DNA from: Balanoglossus misakiensis
Lineage: Eukaryota > Animalia > Hemichordata
Assembly (NCBI GenBank): GCA_040954595.2
Contig: CM082590.2
Location: 8,743,764-8,807,763 of the forward strand
Reading direction: 5' to 3'
DNA length: 64,000 bases
Shown in pieces: positions 17,539 through 28,971 of the stretch; the stretch's first letter is position 1, and the number at the start of each line of letters is the position of its first letter. Both the position numbers and the translations under genes were made by a program. The notes under the pieces are model-generated. The model was not told the origin of the DNA. It made no database searches and saw nothing but the letters and a program-made list of their open reading frames with translations.

Positions 17539-18764
17539 TACAACTTTTTTCCCCTTTTTAAACTTTTTTTCTCCTTTAGTTTTGCAATTTTATCTTTTAA
17601 AAGAATTAATTTTCGTTCCCTTCCTTTTCTTTTTTTTGTTTAATTATATATTATCGTACGCTAAATATTTTCTCTCATATAATATACAACTTTTGTCAGG
17701 CTATGATCTCCCGGCAAAGTACATGTACATGGCTGTATCGGAAACAGATTTTTTTCCATTCAAACAATATCAAACCTCACAAAAACTTCAATATGTGAAT
17801 CTTCAGCAAAGATTATCTCGAACCTATAAATTCTTCAAAAACAAAACTTAGTATATCTCTGTTTTATCATGACTGTCATCACAGTACTATGCATTGAGGG
17901 CATTGGCCGGTTAATCCTGCATATTAAAGTTGATATTTTCTTTTCCGCGTCTCTTGAATTGTTCCTAAATCCCCATCTTCCTAGAAAAAGAGACATTTGG
18001 GAACTTTCATCACTGTTTTCCAATCGTTTACATATCTCCGTCTGGTCGGAGCATATGCGCATGTGCGCACGTTATCTAGACAAGTGTATGCCTCTTGGCG
18101 ATTTTCTCTAATATGTACTTTAAATGACAGGGAGATAAGGGGTCCGCGATAGAAGCCAGACGTTCAATTTACATAATTGTTAATAATTTATATTTATTAA
18201 TAGACAGTGAGTCATGTACCCGCATTTTCACCAAAGAAAGTGTGTACACTGAAATAGTTGCCAGTTTTGAGAACGCACACAATCCAGTGATTGGGTCGGT
18301 AGAACTTGTTCATGTGGAGTCCCCATCGAAACAGCTCGTGATTTTCATCCGTAGGTTTAAACAAATCTGCAGCCAGGATATTACAAGAACTTACAAGTTC
18401 TAAATAAACCATTGTTCCAGATAAAATATGAAATAAACCATTATTCAAGATAAAAAAATAAAATCTACTTAAGCTTCCTCTGTGCAGACTTTAATCACCG
18501 TCCGCCATTGATATTAAAGATATGAAGAAATTTCATCAATTTTATCTCAAAGCAAATGGATTGACTTCAGTTGATAAATATTTCAGAGGCTTTCCACCAC
18601 AAACACTGGTTGTCAACAAGAACTAATGTAACAAGTGACAAACAATAACTCATCGTGTTAAAGGGCACAGAAGTTTTTGTTAGACTCTACACCTATTTTA
18701 GTTTCACTCAAAGCTTGATTCGTATTAATTGGCTAGCAACCCGTTGCTGCGGTAAATCACGAAG

Positions 18765-18950
18765 TCTCGCGAGATCTCGCGGTGAGCGGAAAATCAGTTT
18801 CAATACCCTCCCACTATTTGATGATTAATAGAAATTCTTCAGACTAAATGACTCCTGAAACCATGTCCACAAAGAAATAAGTGACGTAATTTCGGCTACA
18901 TTAGTTCCATAGGGAACGACCGTCATCCAGGAAGGTCACATATATTTATA
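18765..18950 (+). promoter_or_regulatory. Putative promoter of the small glycoprotein gene
   Basis: TCTCGCGAGA palindrome 18765-18774, CRE-like GTGACGTA at 18881, TATA-like TATATTTATA 18941-18950, then donor GAAG/GTAACC at ~19025 (non-coding exon 1). Confidence 0.45.
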
Positions 18951-19283
18951 GCTCGTGTTCAAGGTCACGTACACGCCCAAGGGTAAACAGTGAGAGTGAT
19001 CTTGGGTTTGCCGTGCGAGGAAGGTAACCTACATAAAGTCGAATGCATGTAAGGCTGCATGCAAAGGCCGAATGACGTCAAATATATATATATGCATAAT
19101 ATGCATTCGTGGTGCATGTTGGCAAATACAACTGTCTCTTTTTAGACAGCCACTTCACTACTCCGAGTGGTTTTATAGTTAATCCCTTGTGCGCGCAATA
19201 CATTGCGGTTTATTGCTTGCAGACGACACTTGGTGGCTCAAGTATACTCTCAGTTCAACCGGTAATATTGATTTCAAACCAAG

Positions 19284-20562
19284 ATGAAGAATTTCCTCGC
19301 TGTGTCGTGCCTTTTTGCGATGATTGTAATGTGTAGAGCAGGTATGTGTATTTTTAATATTCATATATCATGTACAATTTTTTTAAAACTGGAAAATAAG
19401 GTACAGATAGCGAGAGAGTCATGAGAATGGACAGACAAACTTTAAAACACTCTCAGACAGACAGACAGGGAGACAGACAGGCAGACAGAGACAGACAGAA
19501 ATGGCAGACTATTAATATATATACGTGGCGTACAGCATAACCACTGAACTGTACAATGATACACTTTCACAACGTGACCCTTGATAACGACGTATATACC
19601 ATTGTTCACATATTCCCTATACTGTCAATTTCTACCGATGTTTCAATGCGCTGATGTGATTTACTTTGGAGACAAAACGTGAAAAAATCGGTGTGGCGAT
19701 TTACAGAATGAAAAAAAAATGGAATTCGACATTTCCATCTTTTGTGGGGTCGGCAGTAAAAGCTTATCATGGCCACACCCGTCTAACTGTTTGCTGTGAC
19801 ATAAATTCAACACACGGTGCGCCCAGTACATTTCACAAGGTTTTTTCCAATTAGAGAGCCTCGTCCGTGACAACGCGCGCACGCGTGTTTATGTTGACAA
19901 GACACGTACTATACTAGTATTTCCTTGTATACAGCTTTGCCATGGAAACCGACAGTTGCTGACACATTGAACGATGCTGTCAGTATTTTTTTACATCCTG
20001 TTCAAGAACGACAGTTTCTTGTTCTACTCTTATAGCTTTATGACATTTTCAGTCTTTTAGCTTCTCAACAAAGCATGTAAATGAGCTGCAAATTAATTAA
20101 AATTATTTAGCTTGTCAACAAAATACATGTATACCTGTAAAGGCAGTTGTTGTTCTGACATTTGTATTTTAAAGGGACAAAGTCTCTCTCTCGCTGCCCT
20201 TTTTCCATTAATTATGTTTGATACAAGACACCGTTTATGTTATTCTACATGTGGATATATAGAGAATCCACATTCAACGACACATAACTTCCATCCCGTT
20301 TGTAGGATATGAGAGTAAAAATCCAGCCAAAATGAATAAATGGTAAACACCGATTATTCATTTTGGCGAGTTTTTCACTCTCGTGTCTACAAGTTGGATG
20401 AAAGTTGTGTGTGGTTGAACGTTGATTCACTTTATAGTTTATATCCACATGTAGAATAATATAAACGGTGTCTTCTATCAAATATAATTAATTGAAAAAG
20501 GGCAGCGAGAGAGAGACTTTGTCCCTTTAATCCGGACTGGAATTCAATGGTCAACAACAACA

Positions 20563-20628
<66 letters not shown>

Positions 20629-22062
20629 TACCTCAAGCTTTTCACTAGAAAATACAGTTCTTTTTATCTATTTTTTCAGCTATCAAAATCGATTCTCTCC
20701 AGTTTGAAGCTGGCTACACCATCGACACAGACACCCCCGTGAACATTTCATTTTGGGTCGTACTTTCCAACAGCAAAAATCAACCTGACACTGTGACCGA
20801 ATCTGACGCGAGTGCCTTTCTGTCTGTCAACAACTCGCGATCAACCACGACTGTTTTCTCGGTCGTTTTCCCGGGCGGTGATGTGGCTCTGCCCGGCAAG
20901 GGCTCGGAGAACATCACGGGGGTGGCAACGTACGTGATAGCCGACGTCACAAACTGTACAGTTTATGAACAACTGTGTCTGCAAGTTGAGAACGACGTGG
21001 AGTGTGACGACGCTCAGCAGAAGATTGTGTGCCCCCTGACCACTCCGGAAACCATCACCACTCCTAGTGAGTTTTATCCTTTTTTTGAAAAAAAAAATCG
21101 AGCTTGTGCTTTTGTTTGAGACACAGGTGCTGTGTCTACACCCTCTTCATCTTATAACGAACCAATTGTGAGATTCTTTTTTAAGTTTGATGCAAAATTG
21201 TGGTTTATTTGGAGCGTCAACTCTGATGCGTACATCAAGATGCGATTTTTTCCATACATACAGAAGGCTGATATATTCCATACAGTGTAACGTAAGGAAC
21301 ATCTAGTATTATTCAGGTTGAAAATGGACAATTGCGCATGCGTTATATGATTTCGGATTTTAATTCATCTGTCAATCATAGTAATCTGTTTGCACTGCGC
21401 ATGTGTTGAGATGCAGCACGTTTTTTGAAGAGAGATCAATGAATAGATGAGTTTCCACTCAATGTGAGATCTCGCGTGATTTGATTTATTACCGTGGCAA
21501 CAGGTTGCGAGCTAAGTTATACAAGTCAAGCTTCGTATGAAATTAGAATAGATGCAGAGTACAGTTGAACTAAAATTGTAACTTTTGAGCCGTTTAACAT
21601 GTCGTGTAACCTGTTTCACGTGAAAATGTTCTTTCATATTATGATACCTACCCACGCGAGATCTCGCAGGGTCTCGTTGAGTTCGAAAATGGTCTATTGT
21701 GGTTAATGTACTGGGTGACCTGAAGTCCCTCGTCCCACTATATCCTCGTGCACTCCACCCATTCCTCGATAATATAAACCCTTTACAAATAAGTCTAGAA
21801 ATTGTAGACAGCATCACGTTAACGGATCAGCTAGCCTTTTATGAATGCGTATTGGTAAAGTGACCCCCCTCTAAAGGTCAATTCGAGCCCAGGTGTTTGT
21901 TTTCTTACTTTGACTTGACGATAACATATTATTCCTGTTCTTTTATTTCCTTCAGAACCAAGCAGCGCTGGCACCGCGCATGTGCATATTGGTGCTATTG
22001 TTACCATGGTGATCTCACTTCTGGTGGTTGGCATCAAGGGTGACGTGAAGTGGACGATGTAA
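19284..22062 (+). CDS. Uncharacterised 183-aa secreted/GPI-anchored or membrane-anchored glycoprotein (exons 19284-19341, 20680-21066, 21956-22062)
   Basis: Phase-1/phase-1 GT-AG splicing joins signal peptide MKNFLAVSCLFAMIVMCRA, a beta-rich domain with 4 Cys and sequons NIS/NNS/NIT/NCT, a Thr/Pro stalk, and C-terminal SSAG plus hydrophobic tail IGAIVTMVISLLVVGI. Confidence 0.82.
20169..20530. mobile_element. Palindromic TTAA-flanked MITE (Kolobok-like family A), full length
   Basis: TTAA-AGGGACAAAGTCTCTCTCTCGCTGCCCTTTT ... AAAAGGGCAGCGAGAGAGAGACTTTGTCCCT-TTAA; arms inverted over most of the length. Confidence 0.88.
20552..20627. repeat. (CAA)n/(GAC)n microsatellite
   Basis: Directly visible. 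Confidence 0.97.
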
Positions 22063-24863
22063 CAAACAAGCGTCTACAGTTCTGGATTGGAATTTATATA
22101 ATTAGGTGTTTCACAAATCTTCAATATTTCTTTATACACACAACCCAGAAAACCTGAACCGCACATAAGTATTGTAATATAATTGTTGTACCAAAAACAA
22201 GGTTACCCGAGCAAACTCTCTCATTTTCGTACCCATGGACGATTGTTCAAAAACGTCACGGAGAAAAGAACGACATATTTGTGTACTCTTTTTATGGAAC
22301 CCGATTAAATGGGTGTGGCACTCGTTTAATATATCACTTGTTCAAATTGCAACATACAGCCAAAATCAGGCGTTGATAAGATGTCCATGCATATTATATC
22401 AGTAAGCTTATTTATTTAGATGGACCAATCTAAAATGGAAAGTAAAATCATGAAAATAATGCAAACATTGGCAGCTCTTGGTGCTTTTTTGTCCAAATTT
22501 TCGTTCAGAGAATAGTCGTTTGTTCATGGCTCTACATCGATGCCGGTTCTGGCGTTTTCTATTTGATTGACACAACTAGTCCGCCCCCCCGGGGCAGTTG
22601 TGTTATGGGTAGGATAGGGTCAGTCGGTTTGAATAGACGACCCCCCCCCCCTAGGCTAGGTAAGAGTCGGGCGAGGACACTCGACCGAACGACCCTAACC
22701 TCACTACAATTATTGCAGCTAATCGGATTCAAATCAAATGTAAGGAATAGTCAGTCCATCCTCTCCTCTTTGTCTCGTACTTTTCGTCGGTCGGTTAGGA
22801 AAGACAGCGAAATTTAGATAGAGGACAAACGACGAACTCAATACGAGTGAAAAAACACAATCACAAAACTATAGGCTACCTCTGTTTTAAATCTCACTGC
22901 GTAACATCTACAGAAATTCCCATGGCCAGTTTCCGTTATTACAGTGACTGTATTTCGATATATATATATTTGGTTTACATAAACAGATATTTCACCAGAT
23001 TTGTACACGTTTTCTACCTTGAAACATTTCTTTTCACAGTAAGGCTATCGATTGTATGCAAAATCAGAATTGTCAATGAAGGTTGTTTGTGTGTGATTGT
23101 TTTTATGGCAATAAAGACTACTTTAGTGATTGTACATTTGAAGGCTGTGTGCGTTTTATAGTGTGGTTGAATAGTTCTAGCTAATTCGGTGCCCCTGGCC
23201 ACAAGATGTTTGGGATTTTGGTCTCAGCGAGCATCAATCGAAGGAACTTTGGATATAAAAGACAAATTGCGAGGTGGATAATACCATGACAGTTGCTTAT
23301 ATTACTGCTTTGAGTACTGGGCCTATACTCCTGATGTGACCTTTACGTTTTGATGGTACAGATTTACTCTTTTGAGTTTTAGCTCTGGAACTGCCCCGCA
23401 TGTATTGAATGTGTGTACTCTTAACTCATCCTAGAACAAAAACTGTGGCCTTAGGCCTACGTCTTGGCAATTTATTGGTAGGCCTTCATGTTTTGATTCT
23501 AGAACAGTTCACCATTATATACGCATTGAAGTTATGCACTCTAAGTCATCCTGGAACAATAAAATTGGATTTTGTCTGGTACAAAAGAGTGTTGTTGTAT
23601 TGTTGAATGGTGTATGATGTCATACCAATAAATCACCAAGACATTAGGTCACTCAGAGGTCACTGTACAGGTATACCGCAGAAAATGACCGCAGACATTA
23701 CTGACTTCACCGCTGGCGGCGCCCTAAAACACCCATTTCAAGCGATTTTTGTGCTATTTTCGTTACGCCACATTAGAACTTCTTCGATTTTCTTCAGAAC
23801 TATTATCAACGAAAAACTAACGAGATTGAGCTGTAAGGGCAAATATGGTGTCCTATATTATTTTCTCATATGACCACAGAAGAATGCACGTGAGCTATCA
23901 ATGTCGTCCGATGACACTTTGTAGCTCCTATCCACGTACTACAAATCGCGCCATTGGCTAACATTCGCGCGTGTTGATCAAGAAATGTTTATTATCCAAT
24001 CAACGCTTGTGTTACATAACACTTCCGGATTAGCAGTGTGGGATGGATTTTGGAAGGATAGAAATCAGCCAGGATGTGTCTATCCTACATTTTCGTAGTT
24101 TTTGATAAAAAATCAGCACAATACACCCGTGCGCTGGATATCACTTAACACCAGGAATTATTTGTGTGCCTTTATTGACATTTTTGGGACTTGGACTTGT
24201 GACACGCCACGGATTTGTTGGATGGAGAAGATTCGCTGGATTTCTACAACTACAAGAACCTAGAACAGAAAGCAGGTAAGATTCTCTGAACTGGCTGGGA
24301 CAACTGGCCTTTTACATACGTTGTAATTGCACGTGCGCCCACCAAAACTTTCTAAAACTTGGAAGTTAATGTAGACTAAGATTCTGACGTGAAACTGTCG
24401 TCGGTAATCTTGCCAAGTATAAGTCAAACGATTCTTCTGTACATTTTTGTCTCATCGCGCGCGTGACCACTACAACACGTCTAGAAAACTGAGCTTGCAA
24501 TCGACTTAAAAAGGAAATACAAAATCCCTGTAAGGTGTAATTGTAGTATGTTGTCTAATGTACTAGAATGGGATTCAAATAAAACTGAAGACGCGTTGCG
24601 TTCACTGTTTAAACTGACAGAGAAACGTGCGTCTGTTTGTCGCAAAAGTTTACTCAAAATTTGCATGAAATATACAAACAAGGAACCAACCCGCGTGATG
24701 GGCGTGGTCGGGCCTAGCCTAGCAACGCGTTTTCAAACGGCGATTTCGCTGCATTAAAATATCAAAACTTACCGAAATGTAGCGGAAAGAGCTTGATATA
24801 TGTATTCTAAGATACGGTGCGTGAAAATGTTAAGTTTAGGAAGCCAAACTTCGCGTAACGGCA

Positions 24864-26246
24864 ATGTTTCGGTGGCGCATGATTGTACTGGTCAATTTCC
24901 TAAACGGTAAAGGCAATCTCAAAGTCAACGAATGTGTAGTGACGGTTTTCGCGCCGGCATATTGGACGTATGAACCCGGAGCGACGATTTCAATCCACCG
25001 GATGCGTGAAAGATATTTTTCCGAGAACAGCTGTACCCTAGAACCGGTAAGTGTTGTTGCCATCTAATCTTCTTTTCACTTGATTGATGATATTTAAGAG
25101 AGGATGAGGGCGATCTTTGTACTTATAATATAAGGGTGTTTTAGCAGTGTTGGCCACAGATGCTTTCATTATAAATTGTATGCTTGGATCAACGGTAAAT
25201 GTTATCAGGGTTACCTAGCCATTTTGCCAGATTTCTCCTTGATATAGCAATGCATTTCTAATAGATGTAGAGCAGAAATTAATGTTCCAAAATAATAGTG
25301 TTCCCAACCCGGCAAAAACACTGAATTTATCTTTCAGAGGGTAGCAACTGCATGGAAACTGTACAGTAATGATGTAATAAATCCTTTAACAAATGAAAGA
25401 GACATGCAGCAATGATTGCAAGAAACAAGACATGCTCTCTCAAGACAAGAATGGCACACTTTCCCTAAAAGGTAAAAACGAACTTTTTTTGTTATCCTTT
25501 GATCTCACTACAACAAGATTACATTAAGGGAATTCAAAACATACTTTGGAATACATAGTTTTTATATTAAGATTTATCATTGTAATTAATAAGGTTAAGT
25601 GAATGACATTGTTTTGGAAGTCTATGTGCACCTGTATTCATGTCCCCTCCCCAATATATTTGAACAAAGTTGCCACATGAGGGCAGTATCGCACTCCAAG
25701 ATTTACTGTACACTGTTTTCTTTGACCAACAGTAACTGTCAGTTGTGCACCATACTTCTGTAAATCCACACTGTTAATTCATTCATATGAATAAAGAATA
25801 ATGCATGAATTTTGCCAGAGAAGAATATAGTGATACACAGTCACTATGAGTCATTTTAGGCCACACTGACAATTGAACAACTGTGGAAATTAATTGCTCT
25901 ACCAAACACAGTCATCACAAGCCATTTTCACTGATTCTAGGCCACATTGGCAAGCTACCAGTAATGACTATTAAAATTATTTTCAACTGTGATTTCAATA
26001 AATATTTCTTTTGTTCACAGGGTTGAGATGCTATCTGGAGGAGTTTTTGCTTCAGTAAACTCCGGCAAAGTTGTGGTGCTGTACAGTTACCCGGGATTTA
26101 CACCACTTTTCAGTGATACCACCATCTGATTCTGCATGTTTGAAAATCTGGCTGATGCTGATGAACCAGAACTTAAAGCTGTCCTGATCTGTTTAGTGTG
26201 TGAAGATCTGGAATGGAGTCTGGTTGTCTACTGGACATATATGAAA
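24864..26246 (+). pseudogene. Three-exon reading frame (24864-25046, 25338-25471, 26021-26246; 181 codons) interrupted only by two in-frame TGA codons
   Basis: Good GT/AG sites; phases 0 and 2 keep one frame throughout; TGA at 25413-25415 and 26127-26129; no family recognised. Confidence 0.5.
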
Positions 26247-27049
26247 GTAAGTCAAGCAATTTACTGTAGATGAGTTTAATTTGTATGTACCCACACACAC
26301 GCCCACAATGACATGCACGCTCGCTCACTCACTCACTCACTCACTCATTCATACATATAAGTGGCAAATAAAAGCTCTAAAGATCAAAATGACAGTTATT
26401 GATAGTCAGTTAAAACCAACACTGTTGCCATAGAATAACAAAACTATTGGCACACACATGAAATTTGGAGGAAAAACAACTCAGGTTTATTCAAATTTTG
26501 AAAGATTAGTCTGGACTGGTAATGGCACTAGGTAGCGGTACAGAATGCAGCATTGGCCTATCCCCGATTCTTGACTGGATAGCGCTTGGAGTTCGAGAGT
26601 AAGCTGTGACCTCGAATGACCCTTCCAAGGGTAGTTTCCTGTCTCGATTCTACCACTGGCGGTGCTGTGCTGCAGAACAGCATACGAGTCAATCACTTTT
26701 AGTATGCAGATAATGTCTCTAAACATAATTTTGAAGTCACTCACAGGGACCGTACTGTAACCAAGCAAAAAAAAATAAAACATTTAGGAAATGCGAAGTA
26801 TACAAAGACTAAGAAAAAAGGCTGAATTAATAAGATGACATTATGAAAATGCAAAGCCCCCCTAAAACAACAACAACAAACAAACAAACAAACAAAAACA
26901 ACAACAGCAAACAAACCCCCCAAAACAACAACTTTATGCCCTATGAAATTGAAAGACCAGTGAAAATTTAGTGGTATATAAATTATAATTTTTTTTTTTA
27001 TATTGATTCACAACAAGTCCTACTTTTGGTCACGTCAACTTTTATATGC

Positions 27050-28235
27050 ACATTAATCAAATGTACGGCTTTGGTCCAAAAACAAACGTGTTCCAACACA
27101 TCTTGCTTAACTTTAAGTCATCGAATTTGTGTATTACCAAGAGGCAGTGATATGCTTAGTCAGGTTATTGTGGCCAAAGTGGAATGTACCTGTTCTCCTT
27201 GATAAGGGCTCCACAGCCAAATTAAATTGTCAAGTTGTTTTCTAGCCAAACATGCTCGTTAAATAATAAAATGCATGGCTTGGTTCAAAACAAATTTGTT
27301 CCAACACATCTGGCCTAACTATAACAGTCGCTATATTTCTGTGTTACCAAGAGGCAATGGTATGCTTAGTCAGGTTATTGTGGCCAAAGTGGAACGTACC
27401 TGTTCTCCTTGATAAGAGCTTCACAGCCAAATTAAATTGTCAAGCTGTTTTCTAGCCAAACATGAAAATTAAGCCATAAAACATTGATCAGAAAAAGAAA
27501 GTTCTCCAGGTAAAACAATGCTTGAAAAAAAAGTCTTAGATTTAGTGTATTTATTTGTGTCCGTTGCATACAGAAAGTTTGCAACCTGAGTTTGAAATAA
27601 ATGTGCAACTCCTCTGAATAAACTCCCCATTGTAACCATTAATCCTTGTGTTACCACTACTTACTGGAGTTTTTATTATATGCTTGTTAAATAATAAAAT
27701 GCATGGCTTGGTCCAAAACAAATTTGTTCCAACACATCTGGCTTATTTTTAAGTCACCACATTTGTGTGTTACCAGGAGGCAAAGGTATCCTTGGTCAGG
27801 GTATAATCACTATTTTGGCCCAAGTGGAACGTACCTGTCCTCTCTGATAACAGCTCCACAGCTTGAGAGAGAGACAGTAAAAATTTTAACTTGTTAACAT
27901 TCTTAATGCCGAGGAAGGAGTACACTTGAGAATTTGCATTGTATAGAGAGATTCGCTACACATTCCTTTTTGTACTCTTAACAATTTGAGATTTTATTTT
28001 AAAATCTGGTTGTGGTATTAGTACCTGGTTTGATGGAGTAGAAAATATGAAGCAGAAAAAGGAATTACGCTGGTAAAACAATGATTGAAAAATAGTCTTA
28101 GATTGGTTGTGTTTATATTGTAATTATTCATCTAAATTTAAGTCACATACAGAAAGATTGCAGCCAGGTTGAATTAAATGTACGGTTCCCCTCAACCAGC
28201 TTCCCAATGGTAAAAATTATCGTGTTACCGCTAAT
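27050..28235. repeat. Diverged local duplications (~200-bp unit x3 plus a duplicated spacer)
   Basis: GGCTTGGTCCAAAACAAATTTGTTCCAACACATCT...AAGTGGAACGTACCTGT variants at ~27067, ~27277 and ~27705; ~27500-27660 resembles ~28060-28232. Confidence 0.8.
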
Positions 28236-28971
28236 TGATGATTTGGAAAAAAATTCCAACAAGAAGCTCGTTATCATGCTAGTTGTGATGTAATTGCAAC
28301 TCAGTGTTTTGCAATGTCTGGAACAGGGAATTTAGAACAGAAATTCTTCAGGGTGCCCATGCTGATAGAATTATAAAGATAGAATTATAAATGAAACTGT
28401 TAGTTATGCAGTAATGAAATTGACTGATATCATTAGATTGGTTTAATAAACAACTCAAACATTCAAACAAATGCCTGTAGAAAGTTTGGTGGAGTTGGTA
28501 TTTGTTTATCAAGCAAACACAGTAACACTATACCGGTATAATGTATGATTATTGTTTTTCTGGTTTGTCATGGTATTTTAGATGTCATTTTTTCAAATAA
28601 GATTTCTCTGTATTCACTTATTTGTTCATGCTACATTCCATTAATTTATTGTGTGTATTGTCAAAATATTTAGGGCTGTGTGCAAAAAATTCCTCAGGCT
28701 GCAAAATTGGGTCTATTGGAACACTTTATGTGACATATCCCACCATAATTTTGATGAATAGCCGATCATATATTCTGACTTTATTTGTAGTGTATAAGCA
28801 GTGTATTTACTTACAGTGTTTTTATGACTTTTTTTACAGTCACTCAAGTCTCTCTTCAAAATCACATGATTATAGCCAGAAGACGCCGTCTCAGAACCAA
28901 GTAACAGTTGTTGGACTCGAGACCACCGCAAAAGTTGGTGGGTTTTAGAGCTTTTGGTGTGTTTCAGCTGC

